Below are positions 1 through 12,223 of a stretch of 64,000 nt of DNA, piece after piece; within the stretch, counting starts at the first letter, position 1; each line of letters opens with the position of its first letter. The stretch spans positions 249,304,001 to 249,368,000 of the forward strand of contig NC_086097.1 of NCBI RefSeq assembly GCF_963921235.1, in the 5' to 3' direction. The DNA comes from Mobula hypostoma. Its lineage: Eukaryota. The notes beneath the pieces were generated by a model. That model ran no database searches. It saw only the letters and a list, made by a program, of their open reading frames with translations, and had not been told where the DNA came from. Position numbers and translations under genes: made by a program.

Positions 1-707
1 GAACAGATCCCTGAGGCACACCGCTGGTCACCAACCTCCATGCAAAATGTGACCTGTCTACAACCACTCTTTGCCTTCTGTGGGCAAGCCAGTTCTGGAT
101 CCAGAAAGCAATGTCCCTTTGGATCCCATGCCTCCTTACTTTCTCAATAAGCCTTGCATGGGGTACCTTATCAAATGCCTTGCTGAAATCCATATACACT
201 ACATCTACTGCTCTTCCTTCATCAATGTGCTTAGTCACATCCTCACATGTTTCCCTAACTTGTCTGTTCCTACCCCTCTCCAATGCTATGGTAGAGGAGA
301 TAGAATTGTGATCACTATCTCCAAAATGCTCTCTCATTCAGAGACCTGACACCTGACCAGGTTCATTTCCCAATACCAGATCAAGTACAGCCTCTCCTCT
401 TGTAGGCTTATCTACATATTGTGTCAGGAAACCTTCCTGAACACACCTAACAAACTCTACCCCATCTAAACCCCTTGCTCTTGGGAGATGCCAATCGATA
501 TTTGGGAAATTAAAATCTCCCACCACAACAACTCTGTTGTTATTACTCCTTTCCAGAATCTGTCTCCCTATCTGCTCCTCAATGTCCCTGTTACTATTGG
601 GTGGTCTATAAAAACACCCAGTAGAGTTATTGACCCCTTCCTGTTCCTAACTTCCACTCACAGAGACTCCGTAGACAATCCCTCCATGACTTCCCCCTTT
701 CCTGCAG
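1..707 (-). mobile_element. Degenerate CR1 LINE ORF2 fragments (RT region 1-245 and APE endonuclease region ~250-707)
   Basis: Minus-strand translation gives VGDFNFPNIDW...YVDKPTRGEAVLDLVLGNEP (APE) and the DFSKAFDKVPH-like RT motif; there are internal deletions. Confidence 0.85.
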
Positions 708-744
708 CTACTTTTATAATTCCACATAAGGGTATTTACAAAGA

Positions 745-2845
745 AAGCACAACATCACGTCTTCTTCCTTAGAAGATTCAGTATGGCAAACAAAATTTTG
801 ACAAATGCCTATAGATGTGTGGTGGAGAGTATATTGACTGGCTGCATCCCAGCCTAGTATGGAAGATCCTACAGAAAGTAGTGAATACGACCGATCCTTC
901 ACAGATAAAGCCCTTCCCACTGTTGAGCATATTTACACAAAAATCTGTCCCAGAAAAGCAGCATCCATCATCCTGGACCATCACCCAAGCCATGCTCTCT
1001 TCTCACTGCTGCTATCAGGAAGAAGGTACAGGAGCCTCAGGACTCACACCACCAGGTTCAGGAACATGATTGAGGTTATTACCCCTCAATCATCAGGCTC
1101 ATGAACCAGAGGGGATAACTTCACTCAACTTCAGAGGGGATATTTGTGTGGCGTTCTGCACAGATACGTTCCAATGAGACATGGAAAGGATGATAGGGTA
1201 CAGGATCTGTGGTGTAGAAAGGCTGTTGAAAATTTAGTGAAGAAGAAAAGAAGAGCTTATGAAAGGTTCAAAAAACTAGGTAATGTTAGAGATCTAGAAG
1301 ATTATAAGGCTAGCAGGAAGGAGCTTAAGAATGAAATTAGGAGAGCCAGAAGGGGCCATGAGAAGACCTTGGCAAGCAGGATTAAGGAAAATCCAAGACA
1401 TTCTACAAGTATGTGAAGAGAAAGAGGATAAGTTGTGAGAGAATAGGGCCAATAAAGTGTGACAGTGGAGAAGCATGTATGGAACTGGAAGAGATAGCAG
1501 AGGTACTTAATGAATACTTTGCTTCAGTATTCACTACAGAAAAGGGCCTTGGCGATTGTAGGGATGACTTGCAATGGACTGAAAAGCTTGAGTATGTAGA
1601 TATTAAGAAAGAGGATGTGCTGGAGATTTTGGAAAGCATCAAGTTGGATAAGTCACCGGGACCAGACGAGATGTAACCCAGGCTACTGTGGGAGGCGAGG
1701 GAGGAGATTGCTGAGCCTCTGGCAATGATTTTGCATCATCATTGGGGACGGGAGAGGTTCTGGAGGATTGGAGGGTTGCAGATGTTGTTCCAAGAAAGGG
1801 AGTAGAGTGGTTCATTTTGGTAGGTCAAATATGATGGCAGAATATAGTATTAATGGTAAGACTCTTGGCAGTGTGGAGGATCAGCAGGATCTTGAGGTCC
1901 AAGCCCACAGGACACTCAAAGCTGCTGCGCAGGTTGACTCTGTGGTTAAGAAGGAATACAATGTATTTGGCTTAATCAACTGTGAGACTGAGTTCAATTG
2001 CCGAAAGGTAATGTTACAGCTTTATAGGACCTTGGTCAGACCCCACTTGGAGTACTGTGCTCAGTTCTGGTCACCTCACTACAGGAAGGATGTGGAAACT
2101 ATAGAAAGGGTGCAGAGGAGATTTACAAGGATGTTGCCTGGATTGGGGAGCATGCCTCATGAGAATAATTTGAGTAAATGTGGCTTTTTGTCCTTGGAGT
2201 GATAGAGAGTGAGAGGTGACCTGATAGTGATGTATAAGATGATAAGAGGCATTGATCATGTGGATGGTCAGAGGCTTTTTCCCAGGGCTGAAATGGCTCA
2301 CATGAGAGGGCACAGTTTTAAGGTGCTTGGAAGTAGGTACAGAGGAGATGTCAGCAGTAAGTTTTTTATGCAGAGGGTAGTAAGTGCGTGGAATGGGCTG
2401 CCGGTGATGGTGGTGGAGGTGGATACGATAGGGTCTTTTAAGAGACTCCTGGATAGGTACATGGAGCTTAGAAAAATAGAGGGCTATGGGTAACCTTAGG
2501 TAATTTCTAAATAAGTACATGCTTAGCATAGCATTGTAGGCCGAAGGGCCTGTGTTGTGCTGCAGGCACAATATGTTTCTGTGCTTCTAACTTCACTTGC
2601 CCCATCATTGAAATGTTCCCACAACCTAAGGACTCACTTTCAGGGACTCTTCATCCCCTGTTCTCAATATTTATTTATTTATATATGTATTTGTTTTTAT
2701 TATTATTAATATTATTTCTTTTTTTTTCTTTTGTACTGTTCTCTTTTGCACATTGATTGTTTGTCCATCCTGTTGGGTGTGGTTTTTCATTGATTCTATT
2801 GTGTTTCTTGGATTTACTGGGTATGCCCACAAGAAAATGAACCTG
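745..2845 (+). mobile_element. Rex1/Babar-like LINE 3' fragment split by a CR1 insertion (CR1 at ~1134-2587)
   Basis: KAASIILDHHPSHALFSLLLSGRRYRSLRTHTTRFRN is the Rex1-type RT C-terminus. The sequence 'aacttca' occurs at both CR1 junctions and the Rex1-type 3' UTR resumes at ~2588. Confidence 0.7.
1134..2587 (+). mobile_element. CR1 LINE ORF2, 5'-truncated, internally deleted and frameshifted
   Basis: IKENP, LNEYFASVFT, DKSPGPD, LVRPHLEYCAQFWSPH and RGDLI motifs; ends in a degenerate (tttctatg)-type tail. Confidence 0.9.
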
Positions 2846-3490
2846 AGCTATTTCAAGTTCCTGAGTGTCAAGATCTCTGAAGAGCTAACCTGCACCCATC
2901 ATATCGATGCAGCTATACAAAAGGCAAGACAGCAGCCATATCTCATTAGGAGTTTGAGGGTATTTGGTATGTCACCACAAACACTCACAAATTTCTGCAG
3001 AGGTACTGTGGAGAGCATTCTAACTGGCTGCATCACGGTTTGGTGTGGGCGGCTACTGCAGAGGATCGAAGATAGCTGCAGAGTTGCAGAATCAGTCAGC
3101 TCTATCATGGGCATTAGCCGCTGTCGTATCCAGGATATCTTTAAGGAGTGACGTCTCAGGAGGGTGGCATCCATCATCATGACCCCCATCACCCAGGACA
3201 TGCCCTCTTCTCATTGCTACCACAGGAAGGAGGTACAGGAGCCTGAAGGCACACACTCAAAGATTCAGGAACAGTTTCTTCCCCTCTGCCATTGGATTTC
3301 TGATTGGATGTTGGACCCATGAACACTGCCTCAATACCTTTTCTTGCACTACTTATTACATTTTATCGGTTTAATAAAGATATATATATATACTGTAATT
3401 CACAGGTTTTATTTCTCTCTGTCATCATGTACCACTGCTGCAAAGTCAAGATTTCACGACGTACGGTGGTTGATGATAAATCTGATTTTG
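2846..3490 (+). mobile_element. Rex1/Babar-like LINE 3' fragment
   Basis: FKFLSVKISEELT...KARQQPYLIRSLRVFGMSPQTLTNFCRGTVESILTGCITVW. Confidence 0.8.
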
Positions 3491-4317
3491 GATGAAGTGA
3501 GAAGCTGGGCTGTGATAGGTGAAAGCGGTAAAGGCCTGAAGAAGAAGGAATCTGATAGGAGAGGACAGTGGACCATGGGAGGGAGGCACAGAGGAAGGAT
3601 ACCGGAGGGAGGTGATGGGAAGGTGAGAAGAGACGGGGTGCGGGGGCTGTGGTAGTGACTCTGGCAGCCAGTGGCAGAGATCACAGTGAGAGAGGGTCTC
3701 ACTGAGCTCCCATGGGAGAAGATTTAAACTTCTTCAGGGTAGGCGCTCCTCAGACATCTTCCAACATGCCGCAGTGCCCTAGGACCACAGATTTACCAAG
3801 ATGTATTAGGTGGGAAAGTAATTATATGGGGACTAATTTCACTGCAGCAGAATAAATTAAAATAAATTATTAACACAAGAGATTCTGCAGATGCTGGAAG
3901 TCTTGAGCAACCCACACAAAATGGGGGCGTAACTCAGCAGGTCAGAAGGACCTGAAGAAGGGTGTTGGCCCAAAGCAGCAACTGTTTATTCATTTTCATA
4001 GCTGCTGCCTGACCTGCCGAGTTGCTCCAACATTTTGAATGTTGTTCAAAATAAATTTTAAAAATACCCAGTGATGTTCAGGACAAATAGGGAGATTGTT
4101 TCCTTTAGCTGAAGAGATAATATTCTAGATTAATTCATTTAAAACCTAAACTGAGATTGCAAATAAAGAAGTTAGAAAACATGTAAGTACAGAGATGCTT
4201 TGGAGTGCATTTGACATTTTGCCATGGGAAATAGTTAAAGAAATTACGCTATTTAAACCTAATATGTAAACACAAACACAAGAGTTTCTGGAAATCCCAA
4301 GCATCTGGAAAATGCAG

Positions 4318-4620
4318 TTGCGTAGTGATTAGCGCGACGCTAATACAGGTCAGGATGTCAGAGTTCAGAGATCAATCCCAGCGTCCTCTGTCAAGCGTTT
4401 GCACATCCTCCTCATGGAATGCGTGTGATTCCCAGGTTCTCCAGTTGCCTCACACAGTCCAAAGACCTACTGGGTAGATTAATTGGTCACTGTACATTGT
4501 CCCGTGATTAGGTTAGGGTTAAGTCAGGGTTATCAGGGCTAGCAGGAATAGCGTGGCTCGAATGGCCAGGAAGGCATTTTCCATACTATATCTCTAAGTA
4601 AATAAAATTAATAAATAAAT
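4318..4620 (+). mobile_element. tRNA-derived V-SINE-like element, degenerate
   Basis: tRNA-like head, V-domain-like core (...ttgcacatcctcctcatggaatgcgtgtgattcccaggttctccagttgcctcacacagtccaaagac) and A-rich tail. Confidence 0.65.
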
Positions 4621-5057
4621 CTCAGCATGTCAGGCAGCATCTATGGAGGTCTTGATGAAGGATTTTAGCCCTGAAACGTCGACTGTTTATTCCCCTCCAC
4701 GGACGCAGCCTGGCTTGCTGAGTCCCTCCAGCATTTTGTGTGTGTCACTTCTCATTCTCCTTCGTTCTAAGGAGAAACTCCCAGCTCACTCAATGACATG
4801 CTCTCTTTTCCAGGCTGCCCCTTGGTAAACCTCCTCTGCACCCTCGCTAAAGCTTTCACATCCTTTCTATAACTGGAGGAGTGAAATGTATGAGAAACCT
4901 GTTGTAATGTGAATGTAAGGCAGAAACCCAAACAGAAATGATTAACATTTTAAAAACGCAAACAACAGGAGTTCTGCAGATGCTGGAAATTCAAGCAACA
5001 CACATCAAAGTTGCTGGTGAACGCAGCAGGCCAGGCAGCATCTCTAGGAAGAGGTAC

Positions 5058-5093
5058 AGTCGACGTTTCGGGCCGAGATCCTTCGTCAGGACT
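5058..5093 (-). ncRNA. Minimal type I hammerhead ribozyme motif (PLE family 1)
   Basis: Minus strand reads AGTC-CTGACGA-A-GGA-TCTCGG-CCC-GAAA-CG-TC^GACT; core intact, one stem II mismatch. Confidence 0.7.
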
Positions 5094-5377
5094 AACTGAA
5101 GGAAGAGCTAGTAAGAGATTTGAAAGTGGGAGGCGGAAGGGGAGATCCAAAATGATAGGAGAAGACAGGAGGGGGAGGGATAGAGCCAAGAGCTGGACAG
5201 GTGATTGGCAAAAGGGATATGAGAGGATCATGGGACAGGAGGCCCAGGGAGAAACCTCTTTGCCAATCACCTGTCCAGCTCTTGGCTCCATCCCTCCCCC
5301 TCCTGTCTTCTCCTATCATTTTGGATTTCCCCCTCCCCCTCCCACTTTCAAATCTCTTACTAACACTTCCTTCAGTT

Positions 5378-5413
5378 AGTCCTGACGAAGGGTTTCAGCC
5401 CGAAACATCGACT
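5378..5413 (+). ncRNA. Minimal type I hammerhead ribozyme motif (PLE family 1), stem III variant
   Basis: AGTC-CTGACGA-A-GGG-TTTCAG-CCC-GAAA-CA-TC^GACT; a CG>CA change breaks the ACGU palindrome. Confidence 0.6.
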
Positions 5414-5589
5414 GCACCTCTTCCTAGAGATGCTGCCTGGCCTGCAGCGTTCACCAGCAACTTTGATGTGTGTTGATTAACATTTTATTTTAGTTAGAGA
5501 AACTGAATGATAACCGGCCCTTTAACCTACTCCTGGATCAATTTAACCCTTCCCTGCTGCATAACCCTCCGTTTTTCTTTCATCCTTAA

Positions 5590-5935
5590 CCAGAATTAGG
5601 TTTAATATCACTGACATGTTGTGAAATTTGTTGTTTTGCTGCAGCAGTGCATTACAATACATAATACAGTAGTAAAAACTGTAAATTGCAGTAATTGTAT
5701 ATATTTAAGATGTTAAATTAAATAGTGTAAAAAAGAGAAAAAAACGTAGTGAGGTAGTGTTCATGGGTTCAATGTCCATTCAGAAACCTGATGGCAGAGG
5801 GGAACAAGCTGTCCCTGAAATGTCGAGTGTGTGTCTTCAGGCTCCTGTACCTCCTCCCTGATGGTAGCAATGAGAAGAGGGCATGTCCTGGGTGATGGTG
5901 GCACTTAATGATAGATGTCATCTTTTTGACAGCCG
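5590..5935 (-). mobile_element. Rex1/Babar-like LINE 3' end
   Basis: HHHPGHALFSLLPSGRRYRSLKTHTRHFRDSLFPSAIRFLN plus an AT-rich 3' UTR. Confidence 0.8.
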
Positions 5936-6489
5936 TGTGCCTATCTAAGAGTTTCTTAAATGCCCCTAATGTGTTTGCCTCTACCACCAACCCTGGTATA
6001 TCATTCTATGCATTCACCACTTTCTGTGTAAAGAACTTATTTCTGACATCCCCCCCGCAATACTTTCCTCCAATCACCTTAGCATTATGCCCACTCAGAT
6101 TGGCCATTAGGATGTCTCCTCCCACATTAGGGTCAGGGTTGCTGAGATGTGGGCACGCTATGTTGGCACTGGAAGCACGGTGATACTTGCAGGCTGCCCC
6201 CAGCAGATCTGCAGACTGTGTTGGCCGTTGATGCAAAGAACACATTCCGTTGTATGTTTCAATGTTTCGTTGTGACAAATAAAACAAATCACTGAACTGA
6301 AGGAGGCTGCGCTGTGTAAATTGTTAATAGCTGGTGATTGTACCCTGATACCCTGCTGCCCTTTTCCTCAGCAGTTCATTGCAATGTGCCAGATGCCCAC
6401 AGCACCAGCATCAATTCTTCACTTCCCTGTCCCCTTCACAATCCAGTCCTTGTACTGCGTTTTCTTTCAGACTGCCCGAAACCCTGCGC

Positions 6490-6855
6490 TAAACAAGTCA
6501 CTTTGGGCAGGTGGGCTCACCAGCCGTGGTTGGCAGCTCTTCTAGGAGGAAGAAAACTCTGATCCCCAACCTCCCTTGCAGCTATACCCATTCATGGAGA
6601 AGGCTAAACCTCGAGGGAAAATTCCGGAGCAGGTGTCCCTATGTCAGTCCTACATTGAGTTCAAAGTTGACTGGCAACTCCTGAGACACTGCTGGTGCCA
6701 AACTGTATTGGTCCCTGCCATTCCTTTGGATTCATCAGAAGCATGGAGAGAGGGAGCTCACTACATGGGCAACAGCTCGCTCTCCAACGTACTGGCCTGG
6801 CTTGCGTGTCCAGACAGCTGGGATGCAATGTCCATGGTCGAGCCTGACTGACCGA
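6490..6855 (+). mobile_element. Non-autonomous repeat ('family X', probably RTE-derived)
   Basis: Homologous copies on the minus strand at 37690-37859 plus 40093-40295 and at 44320-44730 (shared ctggtgccaaactgtat...cctttggattcatcag). Confidence 0.6.
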
Positions 6856-8231
6856 CGCCTCAGCTCAGCTCACTTTTAGGATTACTTAATGCCTGTAAAA
6901 TGTAAATTATAGAATTTACATTTCTATAATTTGGCATATTCGATTACATTTCATTCTATATAATCAATGCCTTTACTTATCATTTTTAATTTTGCCTCAT
7001 ATTTTTATGACTATATTGATCTATCTTTACAATCTATGTAAATTACTTTGAGCCTGCATCTTAATATATGAAAGGTGCTATACAAAGTTATTATTATTAA
7101 TATTGTAAAAAGTGTTCATCTTACTGTCCAATAAGATCCATTGAGGATTCATGCTATTTCTGGTTATGACAGGACATAATGCAAAAGCCAAAGAAAATAT
7201 GTGGTCAGATTTTAAACATACAAAAGCTTTATTACTGACTTTAAACTCTGAATCATTATGTTTTAAAACTGGTGAACAAAGAAGACAGCGCCAGCAAACA
7301 GCACTACCAAAGATGACACCCTCAAGATGGTTCACAAAGCAATTCTGTTCACTTCTTTTACATCTTTTCCTTATTTCAGATACTGTTCTGCTACTGCTGG
7401 AGCCTGTTATCTATGTTCTGGCAGTGTAATTTCGGGCTGATCGGGTGATCTGGTGCTTTGCCGTCTCTGAGAGTTCCAAAAGGCTGAGAGCCAAGGGTCC
7501 AGCGTGGAGGTCAGGAAGCCAGGAGACCACGATCAACTCCATCGCTCGCCAATTAGAGCGCCAAGGAAGATTGAAATCATTGAGTTAGCGCGGAGGATGA
7601 GCGAGCACTGTCTACCAGCTTCTCACTTGTTGCTGCTGGAGAAGGCGTCTGCTTGTTACGGTCTTTCTCTTTCTCTCTCGCTGCTCCTGAGGGAAGGTCC
7701 TTGACTTGGAGTGACCTCTCTCTCCCTCGATGCTGTCGGCAGATGGTGCCGGAGCAAGGTTTAATTGACGAGATTCTTGATTTGGACTCTAATTCAGGTT
7801 TATAATCTGTTCTACTTTCTAGTTCTAGTTCTGGTCACTGTTTTTCCTACTACTTCTGGATAATTTTTGAATTGGGATGGCCTGCTGATAATGAACACTG
7901 AGCTGAACTGAACTGAAATATGCCTTTTGATTTTGTGTTTTGTCTTCTGAGTTCTCACTCGTTTCTCTGTGGCCTTTTGTGCGACATTTTTGTGCGCGGG
8001 AGGGTGGAGGGAGGTCTGATGCTTGACGTCTTTTCTTTGAACAAGTTGGTTCTATGGTTCTTCTTTGTTTCATGACTGCCCGTGGAGAAGACAAATCTCA
8101 GGGTTGTATACTACATATATACTTTGAACCTCTAAATCTTTGGGTGTTTCCACTGGTCATGCTCATCTAATGAAAGGGTTCATGGCCCAGGAGAGTTGTT
8201 ATTTCCCTGAGAAGAAGATTCAGTAGAGTTT

Positions 8232-8530
8232 GATAGGCATCCGTTAGTCTCATGAGACCTTGGATTTGCACCTTGGAAGGCTTCTAGGGCGCAGGCCTGG
8301 GCAAGGTTGTATGGAAGACCGGCAGTTGCCCATGCTGCAAGTCTCCCCTCTCCACGACACCAATGTTGTCCAAGGGAAGGGCATTAGGACCCATACAGCT
8401 TGGCACCAGTGTCGTCGCAGAGCAATGTGTGATTAAGCGCCTTGCTCAAGGACACAACATGCTGCCTCAGCTGAGGCTCGAACTCACGACCTTCAGATCA
8501 CTAGCCCAACACCTTAACCACTTGGCCACG
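8232..8530 (-). mobile_element. tRNA-derived CORE-like SINE with RTE-like 3' part
   Basis: Minus strand: A box TGGCCAAGTGG, B box GTTCGAGCC, then tgtgtccttgagcaaggcgcttaa (CORE-like). Partial second copy at ~48198-48317 (+). Confidence 0.7.
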
Positions 8531-8929
8531 CACCAACCAGTAGAGTTATGGGTTGATTAATTTCACTCAGCTTTGAGACGTACCACAGGTTTGTCCGCAG
8601 TGAGAAATCCATAGCTGTGGTTTTGTTTCTGACAACATTGAAACCCGGAGCTGCAGATATTGATTCCTCTGAGGAGAGTTGAGCCACTATTCAGCTTGAT
8701 AGCTCTGTCAGGGTAAAACCTTGGGCAGAAACTGATGCTGAAACTATTTATGATAGCTAACTAGACAGGATAATGTTCGGAAACTTGCAAAACAAAGCGG
8801 AAAGAAAAGTTAAAAGACAAGATATTGAAAGCAGACTTTTCACTTTGACAAGGTCTAGTCATCTTAAAGTGTGAGTTCTCCAGTGATCTTAACAAAGGAA
8901 GAAGAAAGAAAGACAGAAACGTTGGCTTT

Positions 8930-9210
8930 ATTTGTCACAGGTATATTGGTACGCACAGTGAAGTGTATGAACAACCACAGTCCGAGGCTGTGCTGGGGGC
9001 AGTCACCATGCTTCCAGCACCAACATAGCGTGCTCACAGTTTATTAACCTTAACTGCACACCTCTGGGATATGGGTGAACCTGGAGCACCCGGAGGAAAC
9101 TCACGCAGTCACAGGGAGAACGTAAAAACTCCTTACAGACAGCAGCAGGAATCGAACACCAATTAGTGATCCCTGGAGATTGTACTAACTGCTACTCTAC
9201 CATACCACCC
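8930..9210 (-). mobile_element. V-SINE-like element
   Basis: Minus strand: GTTCGATTCC B box and ggagtttttacgttctccctgtgactgcgtgagtttcctccgggtgctcc V-domain. Confidence 0.75.
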
Positions 9211-9223
9211 AAAAAAGAGACCT

Positions 9224-9765
9224 GCTCCAACCCTCTGCCCTCCCTGACCTCGGCTCCAACCCTCTGCCCTCCCCTGACCTCGGCTCCAACCCTCTGCCCT
9301 CCCTGACCTCGGCTCCAACCCTCTGCCCTCCCTGACCTCGGTTCCAACCCTCTGCCCTCCCCTGACCTCGGCTCCAACCCTCTGCCCTCCCCTGACCTCA
9401 GCTCTAACCCTCTGCCCTCCCTGACCACGGCTCCAACCCTCTGCCCTCCCCTGACCTCAGCTCTAACCATCTGCCCTCTCTGACCTCGGCTCCAACCCTC
9501 TGCCCTCCCCTGACCTCGGCTCCAAACCTCTGCCCTCCCCTGACCTCAGCTCTAACCCTCTGCCCTCCCTGACCTCGGTTCCAACCCTCTGCCCTCCCCT
9601 GACCTCGGCTCCAACCCTCTGCCCTCCCTGACCTCGGCTCCAACCCTCTGCCCTCCCCTGACCTCAGCTCTAACCATCTGCCCTCTCTGACCTCGGCTCC
9701 AACCCTCTGCCCTCCCCTGACCTCGGCTCCAACCCTCTGCTCTCCCCTGACCTCAGCTCTAACCC
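9224..9765. repeat. Minisatellite, 29/30-bp unit, about 18 copies
   Basis: Unit TGACCTCGGCTCCAACCCTCTGCCCTCCC(C), counted directly. Confidence 0.97.
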
Positions 9766-9967
9766 CTGATGTGCATTTTCACTGAGCATTTATAAAGCTG
9801 ACATTGCTTTACAGTGTGGATGCACATACTTTAGATAACTTGGTGAATTTCATTCACTTTTGCATCATACTTCTAGATATGTTCAGTTAGGTTTATGTTA
9901 ATTTTTTCTAGATATCCATTTATACCTATGTTCAGACTATATAGTTATACAATATTTTTTATTGTGA

Positions 9968-10825
9968 TAGGGTTACCGTATGAGAAATGTCTGGCAGCTC
10001 TTGGGCTGTATACCCTGGAGTTCAGGAGAATGAGGGGGGATCTCATAGGAAAATTCTGAATGTTAAAAAGCCTGAACAGATTAGATATGGCAAAGTTATT
10101 TCCCATGGTAGGGGATTCTAGGACAAGAGGGCATGACTTCAGGATCGAAGGACGTCCATGTAGAAGAGAGACGTGGAGAAATTACTTTAGTCAGAGGGTG
10201 GTAAATCTGTGGAATTTGTTGCCACGAGCGGCTGTGGAGGCCAAGTCATTGGGTGCATTTAAGGCAGAGATAGATAGGTTCTTGATTAGCCAGGGCATCA
10301 AAGGGTATGGGGTGAAGGCCAGGGAGTGGGGGTGACTGGAAGAATTCGATCAGCCCATGATTGAATGGCGGACCAGACTCGATGGGCTGATTGGCCTACT
10401 TCTGTTCCAATATCTTAAGGTCATATGGTCTTATGTAAGGCCATAAGACAGAGGAGCACCATTACGCCATTGGCCCATTGAGCCTGCTCTGTGATTCCAT
10501 CATAGCCGATTTTATTATCCCTCTCAACCCCATTCCCCTGACTTCTCCCTGTAACCTTTGACACACTCACGAATCAATATCTGCCTTAAATACACCCAAT
10601 GACCTGGCTTCCACAGCTGTCTGAGGCAATGAATTCCATGGGTTCACCATCCTCTGGCTAAAGAAATTCCTCTTCATCTCTGCTCTAAATGGACGTCCCT
10701 CTTTTCTGAGGCTGTGCCCTCTGGTCCTAGACACCCCCATAAGAAACATCCTCTCCACATCCAGTCTATCTAGGCCTTTCAAGATTCAATAGGTTTCAAT
10801 GAGGTCACCCCCTCATTATACTGAA
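9968..10825. mobile_element. Two CR1 3' ends arranged tail-to-tail (+ 9968-10435; - 10440-10825)
   Basis: RTRGH...FFSQRVVNLWNLLP...FKAEIDRFL C-terminal motifs on opposite strands, with (ttatggtc)-type tails. Confidence 0.85.
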
Positions 10826-11295
10826 CTTTTTCCTCTTTTGATTTATTCTGGAGACTTCCATAACCCCTCCTCTGCTCTCCTTCCATTTTACTTTATCCTC
10901 ACTTTTCCAACCTGCTGAACCTGAACTTCTTAGTTTAAGGACACACTTCAACCCATCCTGCTGACCACAATTTTGTCCTATGAACAGCCTGTCCTTCCTC
11001 ACAGTCATCTACCTGTATATCAACCTCCCCATCCTCTGTCTTATCACTCCGGTCCCAATCCCCCTGCCAAATTGTCTAGTATCTGGGTTCTGTGAGAAAC
11101 ATATACAAGGCTGTGTGATTAGTCCGCCTGCTCTACTCATGACAGTGTGACTGTGCACAGCTCCAATGCCATATTCAGGTTTACTGATGACACCACTGTC
11201 GTTGGCCAAATCAAAGGTAGTGATATATCAGTTTATAGGAGGGAGATTGAAAACCTGGCTGAGGGGTACCATAACAACAACCTCTCACTCGATGT

Positions 11296-12223
11296 TAGGA
11301 AGTGGAGGGATGGGTTAGTGAATTTGCTGAGTTTGGGGCTGTGGTGGATAGTGTGGAGGGCCGTCAGAAGTTACAGCGGGACATCAACAGGATGCAAAAC
11401 TGGGCTGAGAAGTGGCAGATGGAGTTCAACCCAGATAAGTGTGAGGTGGTTCATTTTGGTAAGTCAAATATGATGCAGAATATAGTATTAATGGTAAGAC
11501 TCTTGGCAGTGTGGAGGATCAGAGGGATCTTGGGGTCCAGGTCCATAGGACACTCAAAGCAGCTGTGCAGGTTGACTCTGTGGTTAAGAAGGCGTATGGT
11601 GAATTAGCCTTCATCAATCGTGGATTTGAATTTAGGAGCCGGGAGGTAATGTTGCAGCTACATAGGACCCTGGTCAGACCCCACTTGGAGTACTGTGCTC
11701 AGTTCTGGTCGCCTCACTACAGGAAGGATGTGGAAGCCATAGAAAGGGTGCACAGGGGATTTACAAGGATGTTGCCTGAATTAGGGAGCATGCCTTATGA
11801 GAATAGGTTGAGTGAACTTGGCCTTTATTCCTTGGAGTGACAGAGGATGAGAGGTGACCTGATAGAGGTGTATAAGATGATGAGAGGCATTGATCGTGTG
11901 GATAGTCAGAGGCTTTTTCCCAGGGCTGAAATGGCTAGCATGAGAGGGCACAGATTTAAGGTGCTTGGAAGTAGGTACAGAGGAGATATCAGGGCTAAGT
12001 TTTTTTACACAGGGAGTGGTGAGTGTGTGGAATGGGCTGCCAGCGACTGTGGTGGAGGTGGATACGATAGGGTCTTTTAAGAGACTCCTGGACAGGTACA
12101 TGGAACTTAGAAAAATATAGGGCTGTGGGTAACCCTAGGTAATTTCTGAGGTAAGGACATGTTCAGCACAGCTTTGTGGGCCGAAGGGCCTGTATTGTGC
12201 TGTAGGTTTTCTATGTTTCTATG
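11296..12223 (+). mobile_element. CR1 LINE 3' portion inserted in a Rex1-like remnant (11110-11295, 12224-12330)
   Basis: WAEKWQMEFNPDKCEVVHFG and RPHLEYCAQFWSPH motifs with a (tttctatg)n tail; the flank encodes FTDDTTVVGQI (Rex1 RT). Confidence 0.85.

Larger units (their letters stand above)
4955..5475. mobile_element. Inverted pair of Penelope-like pseudo-LTR copies, each carrying a hammerhead motif
   Basis: 4998-5212 is the near-perfect reverse complement of 5258-5475. The same sequence follows the GIY-YIG ORF at 40781-41525. Confidence 0.85.

Noticed and set aside
4950..5476. Recurrent ORFs such as MLVNAAGQAASLGRGTVDVSGRDPSSG (also 41175, 45993, 46397, 47744)
   Set aside because: They are open frames through the non-coding Penelope pLTR on both strands, reflecting repeat copy number rather than a gene family.
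9192..9643. Repetitive ORFs (GGQRVGAEVR / EPRSGEGRGL) and the possibility of a CRISPR-like array
   Set aside because: They are translations of a head-to-tail minisatellite with no unique spacers, in vertebrate DNA with no cas genes.
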